In this document: positions 40,504 through 51,092 of the stretch, one piece after another
Layout: every line of letters starts with the position of its first letter
Numbering within the stretch: the stretch's first letter is position 1
The notes under the pieces: generated by a model
Databases searched by the model: none
The model's input: the letters and a program-made list of their open reading frames with translations, nothing else
What the model was told of the DNA's origin: nothing
Source of the DNA: Escherichia phage vB_EcoM_G4507
Sequence record: NC_054919.1
Length of the DNA: 64,000 bases
Reading direction: 5' to 3' (one strand)
Position numbers and translations under genes: made by a program

Positions 40504-40786
40504 GAGAAATAATTCCTTGATAAGCCCAGTATGGCGGGTTAACAGAATCCTCACCAGAGTTTTCTTCAGGAAAATAAACCTGGATAACGAAGCCGGATTC
40601 ATCAAAGGTGAAATAAGTAGTAGGCAGTTCACCTAACAAATCGGCACGAGCGTTGATTTCTTCGAGGTCTTGTTCACGTCCAGCCCAGAAGCTTGGGTTC
40701 AGACTACATTCATAGAAATAATAGTCATTACCGAACATATCAAAACCATTCCAACTCTCTACTACATACCGCTCAAAACTAATCAT
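40475..40786 (-). CDS. hypothetical protein
   Basis: 103-aa ORF. Confidence 0.55.
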   Translation of the reverse strand: MISFERYVVESWNGFDMFGNDYYFYECSLNPSFWAGREQDLEEINARADLLGELPTTYFTFDESGFVIQVYFPEENSGEDSVNPPYWAYQGIISRGTKLELKE

Positions 40787-40788
40787 AA

Positions 40789-41004
40789 TTAAGCCTTTTT
40801 ATCAAGAACAGCATTCAGCTTGTTAGTAATTTTATCCAGACGCTCATTAAACTCACTAGAAGATAATCCCTTTTCTGGAGAAATTAAACTAATCACGAAA
40901 AATACAACAATAAAAGGAATAAGAAAAATAGCTCCAACTGCCATAAACAGAAAGAACGTTACAGTTGTAAGAAAATCAGCTAAACCTTTACGAAATTTAT
41001 ACAT
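40789..41004 (-). CDS. small membrane protein
   Basis: 71 aa with one long hydrophobic segment. Confidence 0.5.
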   Translation of the reverse strand: MYKFRKGLADFLTTVTFFLFMAVGAIFLIPFIVVFFVISLISPEKGLSSSEFNERLDKITNKLNAVLDKKA

Positions 41005-41119
41005 ATTTTACCCTTAATTGATTAACCAAGCATTGATAAGCACTAAACTATATTGCGAATAAAATTCTGGACCAAAATGAAAAATCATATCATTTATAGT
41101 ATCCATAATGTAATTCAGT

Positions 41120-41590
41120 TTAATCATGTTTCCACACCCCATCGGTATTTGACCAAAGTCGCTGATTATCTGATCCTCGCCACAGCTTTTTAGTCGGAAG
41201 ATTTTTCTCATACTTCCCATCAATAATAACATCAACATATTTAAGCATTTCTAGCTGTTTAATATCTTCAAACTTATATCCTGTCCACAACCAAATGCTT
41301 TTATTGGGATAAAGATTTTTTACTGTTTGAACCACAGAGTGAATCACGTCTCTGTTATCAGGATAAAGAGGGTCACCTCCGGTTATAGTTAATCCTTCTA
41401 TATAATCATTATTCAAACATTCAATTAATTGTTCTAGTGTTTCACCAGTGAATGGAATACCATTTCTAGCATTCCATGTTGATTTATTATAACACCCTTC
41501 GCATTTATGCAAACAACCTGTAACGAAAAGAACGACCCTGCAACCAGGGCCATTAACAAAATCGCAAGGATAAAATCTATCATAATTCAT
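41120..41590 (-). CDS. nrdG: anaerobic ribonucleotide reductase activating protein (radical SAM)
   Basis: 156 aa; cysteine cluster GCLHKCEGC. Confidence 0.92.
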   Translation of the reverse strand: MNYDRFYPCDFVNGPGCRVVLFVTGCLHKCEGCYNKSTWNARNGIPFTGETLEQLIECLNNDYIEGLTITGGDPLYPDNRDVIHSVVQTVKNLYPNKSIWLWTGYKFEDIKQLEMLKYVDVIIDGKYEKNLPTKKLWRGSDNQRLWSNTDGVWKHD

Positions 41591-43404
41591 TGGTGTTTAA
41601 CCCTATGCATGATTTCTTTATTTTTACCGAGATTAAATCCGCGTTCGTTTGGATTTCCCAAATAACCACATGTTCTTCTTATGGTGTTCATCTTTTTAGG
41701 ATCAGTTTCTCCACAAATAGAACAAACAAATCCGTTTTCAGTAGGAGTCATTTCATGGGTACTTCCACATGTAAAACATTTATCTACTGGCATATTAACA
41801 CCAAAATAATCTAAATGTTGTGCAGCATAATCCCATACGGCCTCAAGGCCTTTCAAGTTATTTTTCATATCAGGAAGTTCAACATAAGAAATGTGACCAC
41901 CTGTCGCAATGAAATGATATGGCGCTTCACGAGAAATCTTTTCAAACGGAGTAATATTTTCTTCTACTGAAACGTGGAAACTGTTAGTGTACCAGCCTTT
42001 ATCGGTAACATCTTTTACACTTCCATATTTTTCTGTATCAAGTTTACAGAAGCGATAACAAAGGTTTTCAGCAGGAGTAGAATACAAACTAAAAGCAAAC
42101 CCAGTTCTTTCAGTCCACTGTTTAAGACGAGCATTCATTTTAGTTAAAATTTCTCGTCCAATATCACGACCGACAAGAATATTCAATTCGTGAATACCAA
42201 TGTATCCTAGAGACACTGAACTTCTGCCATTTTTAAATAACTCAATTATATCGTCATCAGGTTTAAGACGAACCCCGAATGCACCTTCTTGGTAAAGAAT
42301 AGGAGCAACAGTTGCTTTAACTCCTTTTAAGGAACTAATTCTACACATCAAAGCTTCAAAACACAAATCCATTCGCTCATTGAACAATTCGATAAATTTC
42401 TGTTCATTGAACTGTGTTCCAATATAAGAATCTAATGCGATACGAGGAAGATTCAGTGTTACAACACCGAGATTATTACGTCCATCAAGAATTTCATTAC
42501 CGGTTGAATCTTTCCACACACTCAAAAAACTGCGGCAACCCATTGGAGAAACAGGAATAGATGAGCCGGTGATAGCTTTATTGTTCTTAGCTGAAATAAT
42601 ATCAGGATACATTCTTTTGCTTGCGCACTCTAAAGCAAGCTGTTTAATATCATAGTTCGGATCGTCTTTATAAAGATTAACACCTTCTTCAACAAACATA
42701 ACAAGCTTAGGGAAAATAGGAGTTATCCCATCACGACCAAGACCTTTAATACGATTTTTCAGAATTGCTTTCTGAATCATTCGTTCAGTCCAGTCAGTTC
42801 CTGTACCAAATGTAATTGTTACAAAAGGTGTTTGTCCGTTTGAACTAAAGAGAGTATTTACTTCATATTCATAAGCTTGGAATGCATCGTATACGTCTTT
42901 TTCTGTTTTAGACTGGGCATAATTCAACGCATCAGTGATTTGCCATTTTTCTGCATCCTCAATATGTTTTGCATAGGTGCGTTTAACATAAGGAGAAAGT
43001 ACTTTATCTACATTCGCAAAAGTCGTTCCGCCATATTGATGGGAAGCAACCTGTGCAGTAATTTGCGCCATAATTGCAGTAGCAACTCCAATTGATTTAG
43101 GAGTTTCAATCTGTGCATTACCTAGCTTAAATCCGTTTTCAAGCATTCCTTTTAAATCTACTAAACAACAATTAGTAAATGGAAGAGCAGGGGAATAATC
43201 AATATCGTGGAAATGGATAATTCCGCTTTCATGCGCTTTCATAATAAAAGACGGGACCATATTTTTGGCAATGTGTTTAGACACAATACCAGCCATAAGG
43301 TCCCGTTGAGTTGGAAAAACACGAGAATCTTTATTAGCATTCTCGTTTAAAAGGTCTTTATTAGTTTTATGAATCAATCCTTCAATTTCTTTTTCAATTG
43401 TCAT
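41587..43404 (-). CDS. nrdD: anaerobic ribonucleoside-triphosphate reductase (continuous ORF)
   Basis: 605 aa; C-terminal glycyl-radical motif RRTCGYLGN; zinc ribbon CFTCGS...CSICG. Confidence 0.93.
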   Translation of the reverse strand: MTIEKEIEGLIHKTNKDLLNENANKDSRVFPTQRDLMAGIVSKHIAKNMVPSFIMKAHESGIIHFHDIDYSPALPFTNCCLVDLKGMLENGFKLGNAQIETPKSIGVATAIMAQITAQVASHQYGGTTFANVDKVLSPYVKRTYAKHIEDAEKWQITDALNYAQSKTEKDVYDAFQAYEYEVNTLFSSNGQTPFVTITFGTGTDWTERMIQKAILKNRIKGLGRDGITPIFPKLVMFVEEGVNLYKDDPNYDIKQLALECASKRMYPDIISAKNNKAITGSSIPVSPMGCRSFLSVWKDSTGNEILDGRNNLGVVTLNLPRIALDSYIGTQFNEQKFIELFNERMDLCFEALMCRISSLKGVKATVAPILYQEGAFGVRLKPDDDIIELFKNGRSSVSLGYIGIHELNILVGRDIGREILTKMNARLKQWTERTGFAFSLYSTPAENLCYRFCKLDTEKYGSVKDVTDKGWYTNSFHVSVEENITPFEKISREAPYHFIATGGHISYVELPDMKNNLKGLEAVWDYAAQHLDYFGVNMPVDKCFTCGSTHEMTPTENGFVCSICGETDPKKMNTIRRTCGYLGNPNERGFNLGKNKEIMHRVKHQ

Positions 43405-43874
43405 TTTAAACTCTTTCTAAGCTGCTTCTTAAATGAAGCTATTAACTGTGTTTTAGTGTCAGATTCATTATATTCAAATCCTCTTTGAAGCATCTCAGCC
43501 ATCATTTCCTCTTTTCCTAAACGAGAAAATTCCTTTGATTTATCTCCAACGAAGTTAGGGTGAATATTATTTTGGGTGTAATCGGATTTTAAATAAGTAA
43601 GTAAATTTTCTAACCATTCAAGATAATCAACACCTTGTCCCTTTAAGCCAGAACGATTAAATTTATGCTTCATTTGACCTTCTGCGGCATTGCAGAGATT
43701 ACAAAGCAATCCACGCACCTTTCCTGCTTTTGGTCCATTTAATTCATGGTCATGGTCGAGGTGATTAGCTTGAACGTCAGGATTTAGTTCTCGTTGGCAA
43801 ATTAAGCATTTACCATTTTGTGCATCATAAAATTTCTGTTTTTCTTCTTTATATAATTTGCCAGTCAATAACAT
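43401..43874 (-). CDS. 49: endonuclease VII (Holliday junction resolvase)
   Basis: 157 aa, matches T4 gp49. Confidence 0.92.
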   Translation of the reverse strand: MLLTGKLYKEEKQKFYDAQNGKCLICQRELNPDVQANHLDHDHELNGPKAGKVRGLLCNLCNAAEGQMKHKFNRSGLKGQGVDYLEWLENLLTYLKSDYTQNNIHPNFVGDKSKEFSRLGKEEMMAEMLQRGFEYNESDTKTQLIASFKKQLRKSLK

Positions 43875-43916
43875 AATAAAACCCTTACCTTAAATAGATA
43901 AGGGTATTTATTATTT

Positions 43917-44402
43917 TCAAGTATTGTAAAACATTTGATGCAATCGCTTATATTGCTGAATCATTCGGTCAGAAAAAGAAATTTGAGTTTCAAGCCATTC
44001 AATGTATTCTGCGGCAGCTTGCATCAGGTTACCTTCATAGCCATCGTTATTTTCTTGCGCAGCTAATTTAGCTAATGCGTATGAAATACGTTCACCTTGA
44101 AAATCGGCTTTAGGCTTCTGAACAACTTGATTAGTTCGCTCTACAACTTCTTCAATTTCGCCATTTTCAACGGATTCAGTATTCCATAAGCACCAATACG
44201 TAATTGGCTTATCGTAGATGTTAATAATCTTTCCATCAGAAAGTTCAATTTCAATAATTCCAGTATCAGGCTCTATATCATCTTCACATTCTTTTGCAAG
44301 TTCACGAACTTTAAAGACAGTACCTGCACTAAGTTCCGGCCAGTAATTACACAGCCCTGTATCAGCACGATTAATTCTAAACCACTTATCTACTGTAATC
44401 AT
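43917..44402 (-). CDS. pin: Pin, inhibitor of host Lon protease
   Basis: 161 aa from MITVDKWFRINRAD (track ORF 6 codons longer); position after 49. Confidence 0.7.
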   Translation of the reverse strand: MITVDKWFRINRADTGLCNYWPELSAGTVFKVRELAKECEDDIEPDTGIIEIELSDGKIINIYDKPITYWCLWNTESVENGEIEEVVERTNQVVQKPKADFQGERISYALAKLAAQENNDGYEGNLMQAAAEYIEWLETQISFSDRMIQQYKRLHQMFYNT

Positions 44403-44525
44403 GTCCCATCTCCATATCAATTAAGTCATTTATCGTTGGTTCATTATATACTGTTTCTTCATCAGTGTAAACCGGTTCTTCCGGCTCTGGCTCTACAGTT
44501 TCCCATCTAGCCGCCCACCAAGGTT

Positions 44526-44846
44526 TTATAGCGTAATCCATTCTCTTACTGTCTGAGTTACTACACGTTCTCGAAGCTCAACCAGTTCAACGGTAGGAAC
44601 TGCATAATACCAGTCAGAATGGTAAGAACCTGAGCGAGATTCATTTACGGAAACATATACGTAGTGTTTTGGGCTAAAGTAAATTACTCGACGATATTGG
44701 CATTTGCCTTGTTGAGTCCATTCTTCGGATTCAATCGGAATAAGATAGTCGGAAAAATCGAAATCATAGTTTTCCGAAAATGCATCATGGTCTTCAATAA
44801 TTTCGCTCAGAACTGCATCAACATCTAATTTATTTTCAGTATTCAT
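44526..44846 (-). CDS. hypothetical protein
   Basis: 106-aa ORF. Confidence 0.55.
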   Translation of the reverse strand: MNTENKLDVDAVLSEIIEDHDAFSENYDFDFSDYLIPIESEEWTQQGKCQYRRVIYFSPKHYVYVSVNESRSGSYHSDWYYAVPTVELVELRERVVTQTVREWITL

Positions 44847-44854
44847 TTTTTCAC

Positions 44855-45028
44855 CAATTAATTTCGCAATTTATTAAGTTCTTCATAATCAATCCAGGAT
44901 TCTAATCCTGATGGCAAATCAGATTCAATTTCCCAAAGAAGTTCTTCAATTTTATGAAGACGATCTAGTTCTTCAGCAGGAATAGTAACCATTGACGGAG
45001 CTCTTGCTACATTAATATCGTAAATCAT
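44855..45028 (-). CDS. small acidic hypothetical protein
   Basis: 57-aa ORF found by hand in gap. Confidence 0.35.
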
Positions 45029-45030
45029 AT

Positions 45031-45246
45031 TTACCCCAGTTTAACCATGCAATCGCCGTATTTCCATTTAGAAATAGACTTTTCGCCATTAGAATAATAA
45101 ACTTCGAGTTTAGCACGATTATTTTTAATTTGAATAACCTTGGCTGTCATCAAAGTTCCATACCCATAGTAAACTGCAACTTCATCACCTACATATACCG
45201 CGTTTCCACGGTAGTCATGGATATAATCAGTTCCTTCGAGCATCAT
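45031..45246 (-). CDS. hypothetical protein
   Basis: 71-aa ORF, 4-nt overlap with nrdC. Confidence 0.55.
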   Translation of the reverse strand: MMLEGTDYIHDYRGNAVYVGDEVAVYYGYGTLMTAKVIQIKNNRAKLEVYYSNGEKSISKWKYGDCMVKLG

Positions 45247-45506
45247 TTAAAATATTCTCGCAGTTGGTCAAATCCACCAATATGACTTCCATCAGGAGCA
45301 AATACTTGTGGCATTGTCAAACCAATTTGAGTATCACGACCTAGTTTAGCCAGAAGCTCAGCGATTTTCTCATCATCAAAAACACCTTTTTCCGGCATAA
45401 TGTTGATAAATTCAAACGGCTGTTTCTTCACGGTCAAAAGACGTTTTGCATTATCGCAATACACACATTTATGAATGTTGCTATCATAACCATATACTTT
45501 AAACAT
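45243..45506 (-). CDS. nrdC: thioredoxin/glutaredoxin
   Basis: 87 aa, MFKVYGYDSNIHKCVYCDNAKRLL with CVYC site matches T4 thioredoxin. Confidence 0.93.
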   Translation of the reverse strand: MFKVYGYDSNIHKCVYCDNAKRLLTVKKQPFEFINIMPEKGVFDDEKIAELLAKLGRDTQIGLTMPQVFAPDGSHIGGFDQLREYFK

Positions 45507-45507
45507 A

Positions 45508-45750
45508 TTATTCCTTAATTCCTAGTACTCGTTTAAAAGTCTCGTCGTAATCAAGACTTTGGCCCGTTTGTTCTTTATGTTTGTATATAATATCACTTAC
45601 TTCTGATAGCATATTTTTATATGAACGAGTTAAAGCAGATTTAAGCACGCTGTATCTATCAGGAAATTTACCATGTTCATTATAATACGCTATTGCTAAT
45701 TCACGGACTGCCTTTTCAGCAGTCTCCATATATTCTTTACGCTTTGTCAT
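45508..45750 (-). CDS. hypothetical protein
   Basis: 80-aa ORF. Confidence 0.55.
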   Translation of the reverse strand: MTKRKEYMETAEKAVRELAIAYYNEHGKFPDRYSVLKSALTRSYKNMLSEVSDIIYKHKEQTGQSLDYDETFKRVLGIKE

Positions 45751-45752
45751 TT

Positions 45753-46142
45753 TTAATCCAAAATATTATTAGGCATTGGTTGAACACTCACAAGTTCTTT
45801 AAAGAACTCAGTAGAATCAGGCAATTTAACCATTTCCGGAGCATGCTTACTGAATTTATGTTTACATTGACGGCATTTATATTCAAGCTCTGGTTTACGC
45901 CAGTTAATCAATTGAACTTGTTCAGTACCGCATTCAGGGCAATTAGGAACGTTTTTAGAAGCTCTTTCACGTCGTTCAACCATAGCCATAATAGCATCCC
46001 ATGCTGGAGGTTTAAAATCTAAATCGTCGCAGCCGTGAATCTTTCCACGCATTTCCATATCATCTTCCTCACCAGCCATAATAATTTTAATTAAACTGGA
46101 ATTACTTGAAGCTGCAATGTCTTCTAATAAACGCTTTTTCAT
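45753..46142 (-). CDS. hypothetical protein with zinc-ribbon motif
   Basis: 129 aa; CPECG...CRQCKHKF. Confidence 0.55.
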   Translation of the reverse strand: MKKRLLEDIAASSNSSLIKIIMAGEEDDMEMRGKIHGCDDLDFKPPAWDAIMAMVERRERASKNVPNCPECGTEQVQLINWRKPELEYKCRQCKHKFSKHAPEMVKLPDSTEFFKELVSVQPMPNNILD

Positions 46143-47068
46143 TTCAATACCTCAATAGCATTACGTAAACCATTTGCTTTGGCGGTTAAAGCCTTAAGAA
46201 CTTTAGTATGCTCTTCAATTTGTTTTTCAACTTCAGTCAAACGGGCATTGAGATATTCACGTTCTTCACCCAGATTATCAACCTTTTCTACTTTAGGCTC
46301 TTTTACAACTGTCTTATATGTATTAGGGTTCTTCAGTTTAATTAGAATGCGTGAACTGTATAACATTGAACCATTATCTTCGGTTTCGTCATACATTTCC
46401 ACTACGTCCATAATTTTTAACATCATGCGGAGTTTATAAGACAACGAACGAATAGTTTTGTTGTGCTTATTAATTTCTTTAGCTGTCATGGTGCCGAGAT
46501 TACGTGAGTAATAATAAGGAACCTGGATATTAATTAATACTGATGAACCACCTGGCTTGTGTGTTACTTCATCAGCAATAACCCAGTCCTTAACATGAAC
46601 TGTATTTGTACGGTCATTGCCCGCGGTAAATAGTTTGCGAGCATGCTTAAAAAGCATATTCACTTGGGTATTGAATTGACAAGCAAATTTATCAGCAAAT
46701 TTAGTTTCAGGAATGGTAGATAACCAATCAGCCAAATGGGTCTTTTTAACATCGTTAACAATAGTAAATTGAACCAAATCGGTTATAGATGTCTCAGATT
46801 TAATAAAGCTCGGCTTCATAAAGTTTTTAATGTTATCGCGAGCTACAGTAGAAGATAACATACGAGAACGTTTAAACCATTCAAGCAAATTGCCTAACGA
46901 ATGAGAATAAGCGTTTTGAGTATCTTTACAGATATGATTTTCCTGGCCAACATATTGAAGGAAATCACGAAGAATATTATTGATTACTGCTCTGTGTCCG
47001 ATCTGATAATTACGATGTTTAGTAATAAGACTGTCAAAATAATCAATATAATGTTTACGAGTTTTCAT
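46139..47068 (-). CDS. hypothetical protein with C-terminal coiled coil (family member 1 of 4)
   Basis: 309-aa ORF. Confidence 0.6.
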   Translation of the reverse strand: MKTRKHYIDYFDSLITKHRNYQIGHRAVINNILRDFLQYVGQENHICKDTQNAYSHSLGNLLEWFKRSRMLSSTVARDNIKNFMKPSFIKSETSITDLVQFTIVNDVKKTHLADWLSTIPETKFADKFACQFNTQVNMLFKHARKLFTAGNDRTNTVHVKDWVIADEVTHKPGGSSVLINIQVPYYYSRNLGTMTAKEINKHNKTIRSLSYKLRMMLKIMDVVEMYDETEDNGSMLYSSRILIKLKNPNTYKTVVKEPKVEKVDNLGEEREYLNARLTEVEKQIEEHTKVLKALTAKANGLRNAIEVLK

Positions 47069-47119
47069 GTTCTTCTCACTTGTTAATGATTTATACTCCG
47101 AGCCATCCTTGGCTTTAAA

Positions 47120-48121
47120 TTACTTAATTAACTGTAAAGCTTGTTCAAGACGATCCAAGCGATTAACAGATTCTTCCCAAATCTTTTTAGCCTTCTCATA
47201 TTCTTTCTGCGCTTTATTAGAAATTTCTAGAACTTCTTTATAAGCTTTTTCTAGTGCAACAACTTCTGGACGAATTTCTACCGGTTCAAGTGAATCGTCA
47301 AGATTATCCATTAGTTCCTCAAGGGTAGTTTCTTCTTTAGGAGTATTCACAATTTCTTCGCATTTTTGTTGGTAAATTTCTTTATCAGTTAGTGAATAAG
47401 CACATTTCACTTCACGAAGACTAATTACAATTTTATATCCTTCCCAACCACCAATATTTTTGAAAGGATATGTATGAATACTTTTTACAGTTTCCATACA
47501 ATCCAAAGCCGTCTCTAATTGATGAGTTATAGTGCTAGCAATTGAGAAAAATTTATTAATATTCTTTTGGTTAGCTTCTGGTGTAAAAAATTCATAATTC
47601 ACAAAAATAGCTACTTTATTTTTATCAAGCTCATATTCTTTTACGATAATCATATCAGAAGCCAAAGGATGAATTTGACGATAATCGCCATAACATAATT
47701 TAGAAGCTGATTTTAGAATTTGTCCTTTAAAAAGTCTGAAATTACTAATCCAACGACGAGTAAAAATATTCTTAGGGTCTTCTTTGATATTAAGATGATA
47801 AGAATTAACATCACCGAACCAATTGTATCCTATTACACCTTTAGTTCGTTTAATTTCTTTCCCAAAATTACCAAGAATATCCCGATTAACTAAATATGAA
47901 AGAAGACGAGACCCTTTAAAGATTATCTTAATATCATCTTTATCTACACGGCTAGAAATTTCACGAACTTCATGAATAAATTTACTGGAAGAAACAATAC
48001 TTGCATCAATACTGCTGAGCCATTGATTGATAATAGAAAGAACAGCGTTCTGACTAGACATGGGTTTAACTTTATCATCAATAACCCCATTGAATGATTT
48101 GATATATTCGTTACGAGTCAT
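47120..48121 (-). CDS. hypothetical protein with C-terminal coiled coil (member 2)
   Basis: Start moved to MTRNEYIKSF (GAGGAG RBS); track start overlaps promoter. Confidence 0.6.
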   Translation of the reverse strand: MTRNEYIKSFNGVIDDKVKPMSSQNAVLSIINQWLSSIDASIVSSSKFIHEVREISSRVDKDDIKIIFKGSRLLSYLVNRDILGNFGKEIKRTKGVIGYNWFGDVNSYHLNIKEDPKNIFTRRWISNFRLFKGQILKSASKLCYGDYRQIHPLASDMIIVKEYELDKNKVAIFVNYEFFTPEANQKNINKFFSIASTITHQLETALDCMETVKSIHTYPFKNIGGWEGYKIVISLREVKCAYSLTDKEIYQQKCEEIVNTPKEETTLEELMDNLDDSLEPVEIRPEVVALEKAYKEVLEISNKAQKEYEKAKKIWEESVNRLDRLEQALQLIK

Positions 48122-48149
48122 ATTAATCTCCTCAGTAGAAAGTAAGAAC

Positions 48150-48179
48150 ATTATACCACATCCTTGTGGCAAAGTAAAC
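48150..48179 (-). promoter_or_regulatory. early-type promoter (GTTTAC -35, TGgTATAAT -10)
   Basis: Near-identical to promoter at 2418..2447. Confidence 0.55.
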
Positions 48180-49198
48180 TAGTTCAGTGCATTTAATGCA
48201 TTGTTCAGTTTAGAACGTTGCTTTGTCAGATTTTGAACCCTTGACTGAGCTTGTTCTAACACCTTTTCAGCTTCTAGCACTTCATTGGTCGCTTTAACGA
48301 GTTCAGCATCTACTGCCTTAAGAGACTTCTCAATCGCGTCAGCGTGCCATTTTTCTACAGGTTTAAAATTTGAATTTTCAGTAGGAAGAAAACTCACTTT
48401 ATTAAGTTTACATGCATCATTATTACCTGAACTATACATCCAAAATTTAGGATCGTTTGATAAGTAATTGGATAAATTTAAGTTATCTTGTACTTCTTGC
48501 TTTTTCTCTTGCGTGACTTCGTCCTTTCTCAAAAAATCATATTTAAATGAAACGATCATATCAAGTTCATATGATGTTGTATCTAACTTAAATCGTTCAA
48601 AACGAGGTAAAATCTTAGATTGAACAGCAGCAACAACATCCATATACTTAAATGCTTCTATCAGCTGTGATTTAAGGCATTCACAAATTGAAAGAGAATT
48701 TTTAGTATTAGGCTTAAAGCTAATTCGTGCAGTTCTATTATTTTCTTTTAACGGTCTTACTTCCATCTGAAGAGTATAACCATCAAATTTCAGGTTCTTT
48801 AAGTTAATGTCAGAACCTTTTAATCGACTAGCCGTCGACAAAATTTGCTTTAATTGTTTACGGAATAGAGCAATAAATCTCCATTCAATACGATAATGAT
48901 TTGGATTGAAAAATCCAGATGATAAATCGACCTTACTTTGACCAACGCCTTGAACAAATAGAGGATTTTTATAATCAATAGTTTTACAGAAATCGGTGAG
49001 CTGCTCACGAGCAGTCATTTGTGTAATATACCCTGCTTCATTAAAATTACGCACCCATTCACTGCTATTCATATATTTAAAGTGAATATCACGATTAACT
49101 TTATCAGGGTCTAAATTATTTTGGCACAAAAATGTCATAACATCACGAGTATAGCTGGCATTACGAACCATATCTTCAATTTGAGAACGAGTTTTCAT
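48179..49198 (-). CDS. hypothetical protein with C-terminal coiled coil (member 3)
   Basis: 339-aa ORF. Confidence 0.6.
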   Translation of the reverse strand: MKTRSQIEDMVRNASYTRDVMTFLCQNNLDPDKVNRDIHFKYMNSSEWVRNFNEAGYITQMTAREQLTDFCKTIDYKNPLFVQGVGQSKVDLSSGFFNPNHYRIEWRFIALFRKQLKQILSTASRLKGSDINLKNLKFDGYTLQMEVRPLKENNRTARISFKPNTKNSLSICECLKSQLIEAFKYMDVVAAVQSKILPRFERFKLDTTSYELDMIVSFKYDFLRKDEVTQEKKQEVQDNLNLSNYLSNDPKFWMYSSGNNDACKLNKVSFLPTENSNFKPVEKWHADAIEKSLKAVDAELVKATNEVLEAEKVLEQAQSRVQNLTKQRSKLNNALNALN

Positions 49199-49206
49199 GG
49201 TGTTCC

Positions 49207-50094
49207 TTAAGATTTAAGTAAATCAACAATTTTAATTAATTTTTCACGTTCAGATTTAGCTTTACTACTCAGTCCAGATAGTCTGAAAATTTCATCGTCA
49301 TATTGTTGAATAGAAATATTCAGCTCTTCAATCTGTTTATTAAAATAATCAATTTGTTCAGAATGTTTTTCGTTACTACGAACTGGTACAGGGTTTGTAG
49401 GCAATTTAGTTGAACTGGATTCATCCGGGCGATAAATTAAAATACAACTTGAACCAATCGGGCATTTTGCACCAGATGAATATTCTAATGTTCCGGCTTC
49501 TTTTAAAACTTCAAAAGCTAAACAGAGATGATGCCCCATATTAACATAATCTGTAGAGCGAGCTCTGACGTAATAATCATCGCCGCGAATACTAAATTTA
49601 AAGCATTTAAGGTCTTCTGTGTTATTGGTCTTAAAAATCATTTGTTTATCTAGACCTTTAGCTAATCGAGCGCCTAATGCTAATAATCGTCGTTGATTTT
49701 CCCACAAATCTGCGATCATTTGGTCAAATGATAATTTCGGCATTAGTCGACCATAAAGGTCATATCCTTTATTATAATTACGAAGGATTTCACTCGCGTT
49801 AATACGAGACAATGCTCCAATTTTATTAAGGGCTTTCATAATGCGATTAGATAAACCCATTCCAGACCCGTTTGTTCGCTGCAAATGTTTTTCTAATCCA
49901 AATCCAATATCAACTTTAAACTTATCTAAAATTTCTGCATGAACATCTCTGTCAATAACATTCAAATCCAAAGTTGGGTTAAATCTATGAAAAAATTTAT
50001 CTGGCTCTCCACGACGAAGTACAGTCCATTCATTCATTTTTTTATTAACTAAAGATTTAATTACTGTATTGACATTATTAATTACTACTGACAT
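49207..50094 (-). CDS. hypothetical protein with C-terminal coiled coil (member 4)
   Basis: Start at MSVVINNVNT (GAGGA RBS); track start overlaps upstream gene. Confidence 0.6.
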   Translation of the reverse strand: MSVVINNVNTVIKSLVNKKMNEWTVLRRGEPDKFFHRFNPTLDLNVIDRDVHAEILDKFKVDIGFGLEKHLQRTNGSGMGLSNRIMKALNKIGALSRINASEILRNYNKGYDLYGRLMPKLSFDQMIADLWENQRRLLALGARLAKGLDKQMIFKTNNTEDLKCFKFSIRGDDYYVRARSTDYVNMGHHLCLAFEVLKEAGTLEYSSGAKCPIGSSCILIYRPDESSSTKLPTNPVPVRSNEKHSEQIDYFNKQIEELNISIQQYDDEIFRLSGLSSKAKSEREKLIKIVDLLKS

Positions 50095-50101
50095 ATTTTC
50101 C

Positions 50102-50509
50102 TCACTCAATTTCAATTTTACTAAATACACAGAATATGATGGAAAAGACTATATAAGCACCGCATATAGATTGAACTAATACCATTCCAAAGAACCAAAC
50201 GATATTATCAAACAATGTCTGTTTTACGTCGAAAGGACGTAAACTTACAGTAATATTATCACCTTTTTCTATTGAAGAATACATCTCTGGGGAAATATAT
50301 TCACTAAATCTATAACCGTCTTTGAGTTCATATACAGCAATAAACGATAAACTAGACCCCTTTCCTTGGGTTCCTGTGATAGTATTAACTACAGTAACAT
50401 CATAATCTTTATAGTGCATATAATCATTAATAGCATAATAACTATATGCAACTACTATACATAAACAACATATCAATAAATTCAATCTTTTAATTATCAA
50501 CTGTTTCAT
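50102..50509 (-). CDS. membrane protein
   Basis: 135 aa; N- and C-terminal hydrophobic segments. Confidence 0.55.
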   Translation of the reverse strand: MKQLIIKRLNLLICCLCIVVAYSYYAINDYMHYKDYDVTVVNTITGTQGKGSSLSFIAVYELKDGYRFSEYISPEMYSSIEKGDNITVSLRPFDVKQTLFDNIVWFFGMVLVQSICGAYIVFSIIFCVFSKIEIE

Positions 50510-50564
50510 AATAATCTCAATTAAAAGGGCTTAGAACCATTATACCATCCTTGGTATAAAGCGG

Positions 50565-51092
50565 TTATGCGAGTACCGTCTTTAACCGTTCTTCAAACTT
50601 CCGAAGAGTATTCTGGCGTTCAGCTCTTTGCTTTTTGTAAGTTTCAATACGCTCTGAAATGAGAGTGTATCGTTCATTTACTGATTCTTTCATAAAATCA
50701 GGAATTTCACGAGAAGCTTTAATCTCGTCAAATTTATCAATAACAGCTTGCTCTTCAGCAATTAAGTTATCATACATCAAAATATCTTTCTTGATGAACT
50801 CAATATCTTCTTGAGTTACACGAGATAATTTAGATGCTTTATCCTTTTTGTACTGTTCGTTAGTATCACGAGACCAGTGTAATGTACGATTTTTATTCGT
50901 ATTTTTGTAAATTTCTACAATACCAATCTCATCAATAATAACGATCCAATTCCAACGGGATTTGTAAATTTGTCCTCCATCAACTGTGATTTCACCTCCG
51001 ATTGAGATGTCATTAAAGAACTTGCTTTGTGCTTCAGATTTAAATTTACCATCGTTGTAATTTACCAAGTTGAAAATATCTTTAGCGTTCAT
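50565..51092 (-). CDS. hypothetical protein
   Basis: Start at MNAKDIFNLV with GGAGG RBS; track ORF extends into promoter. Confidence 0.55.
   Translation of the reverse strand: MNAKDIFNLVNYNDGKFKSEAQSKFFNDISIGGEITVDGGQIYKSRWNWIVIIDEIGIVEIYKNTNKNRTLHWSRDTNEQYKKDKASKLSRVTQEDIEFIKKDILMYDNLIAEEQAVIDKFDEIKASREIPDFMKESVNERYTLISERIETYKKQRAERQNTLRKFEERLKTVLA

Noticed and set aside
41014-41238. 74-aa ORF overlapping the 3' end of nrdG
   Set aside because: Overlaps the radical-SAM gene in another frame; no independent support.
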